The position numbers and the translations under genes are program-made. Positions 1-12,116 of a stretch of 60,629 nucleotides of DNA are shown here, in pieces (positions within the stretch are counted from its first letter, which is position 1; each line of letters opens with the position of its first letter). The notes under the pieces are model-generated. The model had not been told where the DNA came from, ran no database searches, and saw nothing but the letters and a program-made list of their open reading frames with translations. The stretch comes from Octopus bimaculoides (lineage: Eukaryota), in the NCBI RefSeq assembly GCF_001194135.2, contig NC_068986.1:75329538-75390166 (forward strand). Direction: 5' to 3'.

Positions 1-307
1 TACCTAGCTCAGATACCAGGAAACCCCAAAATGGCTGAAGTCCAAAAGATAGTGCTCATGGGAACTGCCCATATCCTACGTAAAATACTGTCTATGTGAT
101 CTCAAATTTTAAAGCAAACAATTTTCTTATGGTTTCTTAAACATTCACTTGAACAAAACTGTACAAATCCAAATATATGGTACCCTAGGCATAACACCTA
201 CATGAACTTCTAACTTGTTGTCTCTTGAGGTCTCTGGGTGAGACTTGGATCCAACTTGTACAAATGCAAAACAAAAGTCAAACATAAAATAATAATAATA
301 ATAATAA
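1..307 (+). mobile_element. 3' end of an R4/Dong-like RLE non-LTR retrotransposon (ORF end 1-99, 3' UTR, (AAT)n tail)
   Basis: Frame 1 reads YLAQIPGNPKMAEVQKIVLMGTAHILRKILSM*, the typical RLE-LINE C-terminus and homologous to LQKITLMYMAYILQKALSI* at 23661; (AAT)n at 288-307. Confidence 0.8.
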
Positions 308-309
308 AG

Positions 310-512
310 GCTGCTGTTTTAATATACAAGGTCTGTAATTTTTAGGGAAGGGATTTAATCGATGCCATCGACCCCAGTATTTGGCTAGTATTTTATCGAA
401 CACAGGGAGATGAAAAGCAAAGTTACTTCAACTGAATTTTCAATTCTGAACGTTTAAGCATCAAGAAAAATAATTCAAAGCACTCTGTCGTGCTGACGAA
501 TCTGCCAACTCG
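310..512 (-). mobile_element. SINE family A, degenerate
   Basis: Reverse-complement similarity to the family A body seen at 9059 and 21035. Confidence 0.6.
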
Positions 513-531
513 TTACAATAATAATAATTAT

Positions 532-730
532 AATGGTTTCAATTTTTACACAAGGTTAATAATCTCGGGGAAGAGAGTAAATCGATTATATCGACCTCAT
601 AGTTGAACTAATACTTATTTTATCGACCCAGAAAGGATGAAAGGCAAAGTAGACCTCAGCAGAATTTGGATTCAAATGTTAAAACGGACGAAATGCCGCT
701 AAGCCTTTTCTCCGGTGTGCTAACGATTTT
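532..730 (-). mobile_element. SINE family A
   Basis: ttttatcgacccagaaaggatgaaaggcaaagtagacctc core plus head and tail. Confidence 0.8.
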
Positions 731-1378
731 TGCGTGATAATGATAATGATAATAATAATTATTACTATCATTATTATCATTATTATTATTATTGTTTTTT
801 TTTGTTGTTGTTGTTGTTATATTATTATATCAAATCAGGTGATCTATTCAAAAACCGGTTTCTTTCAAATATTTATCGCATAAATAATGACTATATAAAG
901 TATTAGCCTTCAATATGCTTAGTTTTCTCTTTACTGTTGCAATTGTCGTCAATGTTGTTATTGATATTGCAACCTGAATTATTCCATTTTTTTTTTGTTT
1001 TTTTTTTTTGTCATCGTTCGCGTTTATGTTGTTGAAAGGCTTTGTTGTGTTCGTTTCTGTTGTGTGTCCCTGAAAGCACAGCAGTAGCGTCAAGGACGAT
1101 AGTTGTAGATATATACAATATCTATGTAGTATCCAGCATAGAAGATGTGCTGTAGACCAGGGATTTCCAGCCATCGGACCGCTGACCAGTGCTAGGTGTA
1201 CGATATATCACATGAGATGGAGGTAGCTGTAGATAGATCTGCTGAAGACAGTACCTGTTTCAGCTTCACTGCGCAAGTGACGAGCAGACCAGCTTCATGA
1301 CGAGCATCTACCTATTTTTGTTAACTATTGTAGTTTGCAGATTGTTTCTGCATTATATATATTTATATTATATTATGA

Positions 1379-1597
1379 AGGCGGTGAGCTGGCAGAATCG
1401 TTAACATACCGGGCAAAATGCTTAGCGGCATTTCGTCCGTCTTTACGTTCTGAGTTCAAATTCTGCGAAGACCGACTTTGCCTTTCATCCTTTTGAGGTC
1501 GATGAAATAAGTACCAGTTTAAAACTGAGATCGATGTAATCGACTTCACCCTCCATCGAAACTGTTAGCCTTGAGCCAAAATTTGAAACCAATATTT
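1379..1597 (+). mobile_element. SINE family A, full length
   Basis: ggcggtgagctggcagaatcgttaac head, gttcaaatt B-box-like word, gactttgcctttcatcctt core, ccaaaatttgaaacc tail. Confidence 0.9.
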
Positions 1598-1611
1598 TGA
1601 AGGAAGAAGAG

Positions 1612-1820
1612 TACGGAAAATCATTAGCACGCCGGACAAAATGCTTAGCGGCATTTCGTCAAGGCATTTTGTCCGTCTTTACGTTCAGAGGCCGATTTCG
1701 CCTTTCATCCCTTTCGAGGTCGATAAAATAAGTACCAGCTGAACACTGGGGTCGATGTAATCGACTTATAGCCCACCCCACCCCCGATATTGCTGGCCTC
1801 CTGTCAAAATGTGAAGCCAT
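1612..1820 (+). mobile_element. SINE family A
   Basis: Second tandem copy with the same head, core and tail. Confidence 0.75.
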
Positions 1821-3207
1821 TATATGTAAATAATTGAATTATATATTGTACATTTTATTGCTTTTACTTTACGCGTGATTTCCTGTTCCGTGAAAAAATT
1901 ATGAAACCGGCTCGTAGAAAATTCTTGCATGAACCTAGTTCATGATGCATACGATCTTGGGGACAGCTGTTGTAGACAATATCCTTGGAATGATAAAAAA
2001 AAGTCGAAGTTGAACTCGGAGTTACGCTATGTCACTGAATACTGTATATCTAAAGCATTTAGTCCGGTGCTCGATCATTTGTGTCAGTCGTTAATAAGGG
2101 GATTTGTTCTTTTGTTTTGTTTTGTTGTTTTCTTAGTGTTTCAGTTAAGTTCTTTACAGTTTCAAGTAGTAGCAAAAGAAAAGAAAATAAGGTCTCTCCT
2201 CCGGCATCACTACCAGAAACAAAAAAATCTCTTCAGGTCGGTAGCACACTTAAATGAAGGTGCGGTGCAGGTTATTGCAAGAAGGAAAGAAAGGAAGGGG
2301 GAGTAAGAGTAGAGGGTGAGAGGGAGAGAAATAGAGTGAGAGAGAGAGAGGCCCAAATGCAAAATAAACAAATATACAACAGGGGTGGGGGACAATGAAA
2401 ATTTTCTCAGGAGAAGGCCTCCGTGTAAAACAGACAAAAGGAAGTGTGGAATAGAGGAAGGAAGTCGATAGTGTTTTAGTAGAGTCAAAAGGAAAATCGA
2501 TAAACGATTAGCTCGGTTATTGTAACATTGATTGGTTGTGTGGGTGGGGGTGGANNNNNNNNNNNNNNNNNNNNNNNNNNNNNNNNNNNNNNNNNNNNNN
2601 NNNNNNNNNNNNNNNNNNNNNNNNNNNNNNNNNNNNNNNNNNNNNNNNNNNNNNNNNNNNNNNNNNNNNNNNNNNNNNNNNNNNNNNNNNNNNNNNNNNN
2701 NNNNNNNNNNNNNNNNNNNNNNNNNNNNNNNNNNNNNNNNNNNNNNNNNNNNNNNNNNNNNNNNNNNNNNNNNNNNNNNNNNNNNNNNNNNNNNNNNNNN
2801 NNNNNNNNNNNNNNNNNNNNNNNNNNNNNNNNNNNNNNNNNNNNNNNNNNNNNNNNNNNNNNNNNNNNNNNNNNNNNNNNNNNNNNNNNNNNNNNNNNNN
2901 NNNNNNNNNNNNNNNNNNNNNNNNNNNNNNNNNNNNNNNNNNNNNNNNNNNNNNNNNNNNNNNNNNNNNNNNNNNNNNNNNNNNNNNNNNNNNNNNNNNN
3001 NNNNNNNNNNNNNNNNNNNNNNNNNNNNNNNNNNNNNNNNNNNNNNNNNNNNNNNNNNNNNNNNNNNNNNNNNNNNNNNNNNNNNNNNNNNNNNNNNNNN
3101 NNNNNNNNNNNNNNNNNNNNNNNNNNNNNNNNNNNNNNNNNNNNNNNNNNNNNNNNNNNNNNNNNNNNNNNNNNNNNNNNNNNNNNNNNNNNNNNNNNNN
3201 NNNNNNN

Positions 3208-3365
3208 AGGAGGAGGAGGAGGGAGGAAGAGGAGGAGGAGGAGAAGAAGAAGAAGAAGAAGAAGAAGAAGAAGAAGAAGAAGAAGAAGAAGAAGAAGACG
3301 GAAGGAGAAGAAGAAGAAGAAGAAGAAGAAGAAGAAGAAGAAGAAGAAGAAGAAGAAGAAGAAGG
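3208..3365. repeat. (GGA)n/(GAA)n microsatellite
   Basis: Direct reading; abuts the N-gap at 2555-3207. Confidence 0.97.
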
Positions 3366-3819
3366 TCATATTAAACTGTGTCAATATAACCAAACTGTTT
3401 AGATGGAACGAAACAAAGAAGAAATTTAAAACAAAACAAAAAAAATAGAAATATGAAACAAAGAAAGTGAAGAGATGATGATGAAGAACGCGAAGATGAA
3501 GAGAACAGAAAGAAAGAAAAAAAGATGAATCAATTGTAGAACCAGAGAATAAATTAGTGAAACAATGAAAGACAAATATGTTACATTGAAAAATGTCGAT
3601 AGATATCTTATTCCTTGCTATTTTCGGTTTGATTTATATTCATTTTAGTGCCATTTTAAATTTCATTTATTTCAATTCTTGCACTCGTTCTATCCATCCA
3701 TCTTTTCTTCATCCATTCGTTTATTCCTCTGGGTTGTTGGTTTTTCTTTTCTTTTTTTTTTTTCGTACTTGCCACCATCTTTTTCTCTCTTTTTTTTCAT
3801 TTTTACTGGATTTTCCTTT

Positions 3820-3820
<1 letters not shown>

Positions 3821-3885
<65 letters not shown>

Positions 3886-4339
3886 NNNNNNNNNNNNNNN
3901 NNNNNNNNNNNNNNNNNNNNNNNNNNNNNNNNNNNNNNNNNNNNNNNNNNNNNNNNNNNNNNNNNNNNNNNNNNNNNNNNNNNNNNNNNNNNNNNNNNNN
4001 NNNNNNNNNNNNNNNNNNNNNNNNNNNNNNNNNNNNNNNNNNNNNNNNNNNNNNNNNNNNNNNNNNNNNNNNNNNNNNNNNNNNNNNNNNNNNNNNNNNN
4101 NNNNNNNNNNNNNNNNNNNNNNNNNNNNNNNNNNNNNNNNNNNNNNNNNNNNNNNNNNNNNNNNNNNNNNNNNNNNNNNNNNNNNNNNNNNNNNNNNNNN
4201 NNNNNNNNNNNNNNNNNNNNNNNNNNNNNNNNNNNNNNNNNNNNNNNNNNNNNNNNNNNNNNNNNNNNNNNNNNNNNNNNNNNNNNNNNNNNNNNNNNNN
4301 NNNNNNNNNNNNNNNNNNNNNNNNNNNNNNNNNNNNNNN

Positions 4340-4413
<74 letters not shown>
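3821..4413. repeat. (ATT)n and (CAT)n tracts flanking an N-gap
   Basis: Direct reading. Confidence 0.95.
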
Positions 4414-4414
<1 letters not shown>

Positions 4415-6667
4415 TGTAGGGAAAGAAACTGTTTATAGACTTTATGTTCATACGGATGAAGATTGTTAAGGTAATAAGGTGGTGGCTTCGCGAATATTCA
4501 TACTGAAGCTTGCTGTTACTGTTGTTGATGATGTTGTTGATTTTGATGTTGATGTTGTTGTTATTGTTGTTGTTGTTGTTGTTAAACTGGTTTTACTGTT
4601 ATTTTTGATTATTTTTTTTTTGTTATTATTCATTGTCATTTTTTATTTTTTTACTTTTTCCATACTTTTTTTATTGTTTTCATTTTTATTCCTGTAAATA
4701 TTTTTGTCTTCGGACATTACTTTGCTAAATATATTCACCTGAAATGGTGATACATACACACACACACACAACACACACACAACACAAGACATATACATAC
4801 ACACACACACACACACACACATACACATGCAAGCTCATAGTTATGTATCTGGATTCTTGTATGTGTCTATGTGGATGTGTGGATATATAAACGTGTCATT
4901 TTGCGCGCGTGTGTGTGTGTGTATGTGTGCGTGTATGAAGGTGTATACATATATATGTAGGAGTTCGTATATCGGCAAAGTTCAGTCTATATTTAATTGA
5001 GTATAATTCTTGTCTAGATTATTTGATATTTAATCTCATGCATATAAATGTATTTATGCATACATCTACCTGCATTTTATACTTGTACGTACTCACATAT
5101 ATATAAAATGCATGAATACACACATATACACAAAGTATTACCTCGCCTGGATTTGTAACTGTTGTATTACGGCACAATTCAAAAGTTATGCTTCGAAAGA
5201 ACAGAAGGTAGTTTCGAAACACCAAAAGAAAGAAAATGAACGAACGAAACATTTGTACTCCCAAGATGCAACAGAAATGTCGACTATGTCACATTTCTGT
5301 GGAAGAGATCACACACGTGGGTAGTAGCTGCCGGAGTATCACAGACCTCAATAACAACAACATGACTTGCTACATGAGATGATGTTGCCGGTCACAGAAA
5401 AGACCACCTTGACATTAATATAAATAATATTACTGGCATTCACTACATTCATATTAATAAATGAAATGCTAGCGATACTTTCACTTCAAAACATCTGGCT
5501 ACTGAAAACAGACCTGACATAGTTATTTGGGACATAAAAGAAAAAAAATATGAAGTCATAAGTGGTCAGCTGCTTTACAAATGTTAACATTTTTTTCGAA
5601 ATCAACAGAAAAACAATATTTAGGAGCAACTGCTTCAAAATGTACAGCTTTTCTACTCAAATAATAAAGTCACATTTATATCGATAATTATTGGTCGCTT
5701 GGCTATGTTGTTAGTAAATTTCTCACTTAGAATCTCGAATAGTTAGGGATTTTAAACAAAGAATGTGAACAGTTAATATATACTTTACAAATACAATCAT
5801 TAAACAGAACGGTTAAAAATATGGAACCATGGAAGAATTTCATAAATTTGGGTTAGAAAAATTTATGGTTTTTGTTGTGCAAATTCCTTTTGTGAAAAAT
5901 GCAAATCATTAAGAAGAATGATATACAATTACATTTACAGGTTGATCCGTAGAAAATACTGCTCTGGGACAGATAGCAAAATATTTATGGTGTTGAATAC
6001 ACAGTGAGAATTTAAAACAAAAAATATTGATTGATCATTCCCTACGAAATCCCTTACTAAAGGCAAAGAATCAGGTGTTTAGAACAGAAAATAGGAATTA
6101 TGTAATTTAGTAAAGGACAGCTGCTAAGCGGATATGAACTGCTGACAAGAAAACGGCGAGAAAAAAAGGATATAGGGCAGTAACTATAATCTATTCAGGG
6201 ACTTCGATACTGTTGGGGGTGGAGGAGAGTAAAACAGAAAATCATTCTCGGTCTGGAGACCTGGCACAAACGCTTTCAAGACAATGGGCTGCGCTAAAGA
6301 CAGCAACGAAGTAAGTCTACCACTCACATTTAGAAACAGTTTCACCGTCGATTAAATTCCATTCACAAAATTTTAGTGGTCCGAGACAATGGCAAAAGAC
6401 ACACGAGGTTCTGTGATGTAGGATCGAACCAGAATCGAATTATTTTGAATACACAGCAGCAATAATACAATGTCGAGAAGTATATGAATATCGTAGCCAC
6501 AAGCAATACCCAACCAACAGCATCACCAAAACCAATACAACCAACACCTCTGCCTAGTCACAAACCTTTGAATAACCACTTGGCATTAACAATAATAGTA
6601 TCAGCGTGATAATGATGTCTGGCTAAATGTGCAGCATATCATCACAACGAAGTGGGTGTTCTGTATA

Positions 6668-6721
<54 letters not shown>

Positions 6722-7034
6722 GAAGAGAAAGCGAAAGAAAGAGGAAGATGGGTTTTTATGACTTTAGTCATAATTGTAAAGGACAAAGGGACAAAGTGCT
6801 CATGAATCTGGTAATCCTTTAACTAACTTTAATCATCCAATACTTCATCCCACCTCACTCTATCACGCTTTCATATTGTCATTTCCATTTTTACATTCAC
6901 AAGAATAAGTCAATATTTTGCTCTCAAACAACAGTTGTTTCCTTGTACGACTTTTTCTAATTATATTTTTATTGTAGATAAATGCTGATCGTCGCCACTG
7001 TTGGATTTACTTGCAGTTTTACCTACAGTTCAAG

Positions 7035-8200
7035 ATGTTTGGTAGAAATTATCAACTGGCGGTATTTGTCTGTCTTTATGTTCTGAGTTCAAATTTCGCC
7101 GAGGTCGACTTTACCTTTCATCCTTTCGGAGTCTATAAATTAAGTACCAGTCAAGTACTGCGGTCGAACTAATCGACTAGCCCCCTCCCCCAAAATTTCG
7201 GGCCTTGTGCCTAGAGTAGAAAAGAAATTACCAACTGGAATTGAAGGTAGCGGTGCGAAGCGAAAAGTAACTGTAAAGAGATTACACTGGATATTAAATC
7301 TGATGTTTTTAAAAGGCTTAATACAGAGAAAATAAGTTAACTACATTGTCATATCATTAAAGCTTACAATGCCTTCGGTAAGGACAATACCTGTCAATAG
7401 AGAGAAAAATATGTCAAGTGCTCAAGAAGCTATTCTGTTAAGTGCTGGACCTAATTTGTTAATATACCTAATGTAATGCTTAAAATGGAACGGTCTTGAG
7501 TGTATGGATTGAGGGCCAGACTTGACATAATGTGTCGATAAACACTATGGTAATTTTATTTAAAAAATAGCTAAAGAAAATTATATGACAATTTGCAGAA
7601 AAAGAAACTTCTAATGGAAAGTGGAAAATTCTGGCTAGTAAATGTTGACTTGAAAGGTTTAAGAAGCGTTTGAATCTGCACAACAGATTCAAATGACTGG
7701 TAAAGTTGCTTGTGCAGATACAGAGGCTGCTACTAATTGACCTGAGCAGCTGAAGAAAATGATTGCTAAAGGAGGCTAGACACCAAAACAAGTATAAGAT
7801 ATTGGTGAAAATTCACTTTTCTTGAAGTGCATACTTGCTAGATCCGTTATTTCTCAAAAAGAAAAACCATCACCAAAATTCCTCTGACTCTCCTTCTGGA
7901 AGAGAATATTACTCTGATATGAAATTAAAACCCCCTACTATTTCACTCGGAAAACCCATAAGTTTTCAAGGGTTACTCAAAGTTTAAATCTACTTATACT
8001 GTCTAAGTAAGGAAATATGGTTTACTAATGTTTGCAAACCACTGTTTTCCAAGAGTGGTTTGCAAAACAATTTTGTCCTGCAGATGAAAGGTACATGTCA
8101 ATCGTATTTCCAATAAAGCACTGTGTCTTTTAGACAATGTACCAAGCCACCCAGTAAACTTAAATCAGCTTTCTGGTGACGTGAGAGCAGATGAATGTAC
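7035..8200 (+). pseudogene. Tigger/pogo DDE transposase fossil, interrupted by a SINE at 7060-7222
   Basis: Translation across stops and frameshifts: KEITLDIKSDVFKRL, KMERSxSVWIE, ASKC*LERFKKRLNLHN, MTGKVACADTEAA, TPKQV*DIGENSLF, FQEWFAKQFCPA, ALCLLDNVPSHP. This is the CENP-B HTH plus DDE_1 motif order of Tigger. Confidence 0.92.
7060..7222 (+). mobile_element. 5'-truncated SINE A with 16-bp TSD
   Basis: TSD agaaattatcaactgg (7044-7059) / agaaattaccaactgg (7223-7238). Confidence 0.9.
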
Positions 8201-8877
8201 CATTTTTTGGTATGTGTATTGCGCCTACGTAGCAGATTCAGAATAACACAGATATTCAAAGATAGCGACCCAAGTGAAAAATTGACTCACTATCTTATTT
8301 TGCTTAATCCGGTTTATCCGATGTTGGCTTAACGGAGTTTGGCTTAACGATGATTCATTGTGATTGAGTACACACACGCACGCACACACGTTTATAAGTG
8401 AGTATATATTGGTAGAAACTTTGGCGATGGAAACGACTGAATCCACATATCCTATGATATTTTTTTAAACTTTTTTTTTAACGAGTTTTGCTTTAAAAAT
8501 TACATCCAGTCCGAACCCAATTAAACCGCATTTATGATTAGTTTATTCATTAGACCAGTATAATAATATCGTTTTTTGTACCCGCGAGAAAACACCGATA
8601 ATGTTAATGAAAACAATAGGTAAGTTTTTATTGTGACGAATCTGAATGAATTTCGGACGAGGGACACTTATTGCTTAATAGTCAGGATAATATGAAATAG
8701 TTGTGGGGCTCCTTGGTTGTCCCCTTATTAAGACTATACCAATTCCTTTATATGTCCCAAGATGGCCGTTTCCCTCTTAGGACCTTTCAAATTCATTTCT
8801 GTGGTTTTTGTTGGTTTTTTTTAATTTTCCCGCTTGTTGCCATAATCGGTGTAAGCTCCCATTTCAAGGGTAGTATA

Positions 8878-9015
8878 TTGGCAGATTCGTTAGAGCGTCG
8901 GACAAAATGTTTTGCGGTATTTCTTCCGGTTCTTTACGTTCTAAGTTCAAATCCTACTAAGGTCAACTTTGCTTTACATTCTTTCAGCGTCGATAAAATA
9001 AAATACCAGTTAATT
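8878..9015 (+). mobile_element. SINE family A, 3'-truncated
   Basis: Head and core match. Confidence 0.8.
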
Positions 9016-9058
9016 AGTGCTAGGTTTGAATCTAATAATCGACATTAGTAATGAGAGT

Positions 9059-9498
9059 AAGGCGGCGAGCTGGCAGAATCGTTAGCACGCGGGGCGAAAT
9101 GCTTAGTGGTATTTCGTCTGCCGTAACGTTCTGAGTTCGAATTCCACCGAGGTCGACTTTGCTTATCATCCTTTCGGAGTCGATAAATTAAGTACCAGTT
9201 ATGCACTGGAGTCGATGTAATCGACTTAATCCCTTTGTCAGTCCTTGTTTGTCCCCTCTATGTTTAGCCCCTTGTGGGCCATAAACAAATAAGAATCGTT
9301 AGCATGCGGGGCGAAATGCTTAGCGGTATTTCGTCTGCCGTAACGTTCTGAGTTCAAATTCCACCGAGGCCGACTTTGCTTATCATCCTTTCGGGGTCGA
9401 CGAAATAAGTACCAGTTACGCACTGGGGTCGATGTAATCGACTAACCCCTTTCTGCAAAAATTTCAGGCTTTGTGCCTTTAGTAGAAAGGATTATTAG
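9059..9498 (+). mobile_element. SINE A nested dimer
   Basis: Monomer ending aataagaa (9297) joins tcgttagc of a second monomer that has a different tail. Confidence 0.92.
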
Positions 9499-9713
9499 TA
9501 ATAGTAGTAGTTATAGTAGTAGTTACTGTTCTTGTAGTTTTGGTCTGGTCCGTCGTTATCATGGCAAGGATGATGTGACTGGTGCTAGCAGAGTGACAGA
9601 AGTGATGGTCTTGATTGGAGTGGAATGATAATAATAGTGGTCTAACTGTTCTGAGCGTGATTGTTCACAAAATAGTATTAAATAAAATCAGAGTAGGAGT
9701 ATCGACGGTGGCA

Positions 9714-9714
<1 letters not shown>

Positions 9715-9753
<39 letters not shown>

Positions 9754-10225
9754 CAGTAGTAGTAGCAGTAGTAGTAGTGATGGTGGTAGTAGTGATGGTG
9801 GTAGTAGTGATGGTGGTGGTTGTGGAGGTGGTAGTGGTAGTAGTGATAGTGGTAGTAGTGATAGTGGTAGTAGTGATGGTAGTGGTTGTGGTGGCAGTGG
9901 CGGTAGTGGTGGTTGTGATGACAGTGGTGGCGACGGTGGTGTTGTTGCAGCAGATGCTGAGGATTTGCCGGTGGTGATGGTGAAATGGTGGTGCTGGCGG
10001 AGCGACTACTGCTGCTGCTGCTGGTGGTGTTGTGAAAGTAGTATCGATGGTGTGGTGGTAGTAGTGGTGACAAAGATGGTGTAGGTGGTGGTGGTGGTGG
10101 TGGCGGCGGCGATGGTGGTGGAAGCTGGTGGTACTGGCGGCTGGTGAAGAGATTGTATAAAGATATTGTCCGGTTTCATTCATTGTCAGCAATGCTAAAC
10201 TTGGAAAGAACAGTGGCGGCGATGG

Positions 10226-10262
<37 letters not shown>

Positions 10263-10633
10263 GAGGGTGAGGCAAGGGAATGCCATATTCTTCATTTATC
10301 CTTGGTGGAGAATGGAAGGCGATCAGCAAGAGGGAGAAAAAGCAGCAGTAGTAGCAAGGGTAGGAGAGCAAGGAAGGAGAAACAGGAGGAGGAGGAAAAG
10401 GAAGGGAAGAAGGAGGAGGATCCAGGAAAGATCTATCTGGACGGTGAATGTGCTGATTATTCGAATTCACCACCGTCATCGCCACATGAACTCCCTCAAC
10501 CACCACCCCACGTCATCTTGACCATCACTGTCACCATGACTACTACCAACGCTAGCTCCAACAATAATGTCATCGTCGTAAAACAGACACCGTCATCATC
10601 ATCAGCACCATCATCGCCATCATCGTAATTATT

Positions 10634-10684
<51 letters not shown>

Positions 10685-10752
10685 GCCATCGTCGTAATTA
10701 TTATCATCATCATCATAATTATCACCATCAATATCATAATCGTCATCATCAC

Positions 10753-10790
<38 letters not shown>

Positions 10791-10816
10791 CCGTCATCAT
10801 CATCTCNNNNNNNNNN

Positions 10817-10850
<34 letters not shown>

Positions 10851-10918
10851 GCCATCGTCGTAATTATTATCATCATCATCATAATTATCACCATCAATAT
10901 CATAATCGTCATCATCAC

Positions 10919-10956
<38 letters not shown>

Positions 10957-11010
10957 CCGTCATCATCATCTCCATCATCATCATCACCATGATCATCGTC
11001 ATCATCATCC
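9715..11010. repeat. Cluster of (GTA)n/(GTG)n, (GT)n and (CAT)n simple repeats
   Basis: Direct reading; source of the poly-V/T/H/M/D ORFs. Confidence 0.95.
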
Positions 11011-11078
11011 ACAACAACAGTAACAAGAACAACAACTCAATTGCAACCAATAGTAAAACCAAAGAAGACAATGACGAC

Positions 11079-11116
<38 letters not shown>

Positions 11117-11324
11117 TGAAGTCATTGGCGATGAATGATTAACTATGAAATTGCCAAATTAACTGTAGAACAAGCTCTGGAGAAGATAGAAATGATGAAA
11201 TCGTAAAAAGGATGCGTGGAATCTGTAGAGGGAGACAGAGAAAGTAGTGAGAAGAAGATGAAGAAAGGAAGAGGAAAATGGAAAAGAAAACGAATAACAA
11301 CAACAACTACAATAATTATTCTAA

Positions 11325-11505
11325 TTTTGGCGCAAGGTTACCATTATTGATGGTGGGGCGGAAAAGTCGACTGCATTGGCATCGGTGCTCAAATGGTACT
11401 TATTCTATTAATCTCGAAAAGATGAAAGTAAACCTCGGTAGCATTTGAACTCTGAAAGTTAAAGAGCCGGAAGAAGTACTGCTAAGCAGCATTTAGTCCG
11501 GGGCT
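11325..11505 (-). mobile_element. SINE family A, degenerate
   Basis: aaagatgaaagtaaacctcggtagcatttgaactctga core. Confidence 0.6.
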
Positions 11506-12072
11506 TTTGCCGGCTTCTACCGGGTCACCGCCATACAATAATTGTTATTTCTATATAAGACCTTTTATTTGTTTCAGTCATGTGATTGAANNNNNNNNNN
11601 NNNNNNNNNNNNNNNNNNNNNNNNNNNNNNNNNNNNNNNNNNNNNNNNNNNNNNNNNNNNNNNNNNNNNNNNNNNNNNNNNNNNNNNNNNNNNNNNNNNN
11701 NNNNNNNNNNNNNNNNNNNNNNNNNNNNNNNNNNNNNNNNNNNNNNNNNNNNNNNNNNNNNNNNNNNNNNNNNNNNNNNNNNNNNNNNNNNNNNNNNNNN
11801 NNNNNNNNNNNNNNNNNNNNNNNNNNNNNNNNNNNNNNNNNNNNNNNNNNNNNNNNNNNNNNNNNNNNNNNNNNNNNNNNNNNNNNNNNNNNNNNNNNNN
11901 NNNNNNNNNNNNNNNNNNNNNNNNNNNNNNNNNNNNNNNNNNNNNNNNNNNNNNNNNNNNNNNNNNNNNNNNNNNNNNNNNNNNNNNNNNNNNNNNNNNN
12001 NNNNNNNNNNNNNNNNNNNNNNNNNNNNNNNNNNNNNNNNNNNNNNNNNNNNNNNNNNNNNNNNNNNNNNNN

Positions 12073-12110
<38 letters not shown>

Positions 12111-12116
12111 AATAAA

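Noticed and set aside
1040-1990. YCLQQ in minus-strand frames near 1250 and 1975, suggesting duplicated exons
   Set aside because: Nucleotide similarity lasts only ~20 bp and both frames close quickly; likely chance.
1929-2306. 125-aa ORF with a hydrophobic middle
   Set aside because: No recognisable family; the hydrophobic part comes from a TTG-rich low-complexity stretch. Not excluded, but unsupported.
2485-4438. Long ORFs (160-380 aa) here and at 11.5, 14.5, 30.7, 36.8, 55.5 and 57.4 kb
   Set aside because: They run through N-gaps and microsatellites; the X and homopolymer content is artefactual.
10590-11010. Near-exact duplication across a small gap (also 32180-32360 and 54240-54870)
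   Set aside because: Identical sequence on both sides of short N-gaps indicates unmerged contig overlaps.
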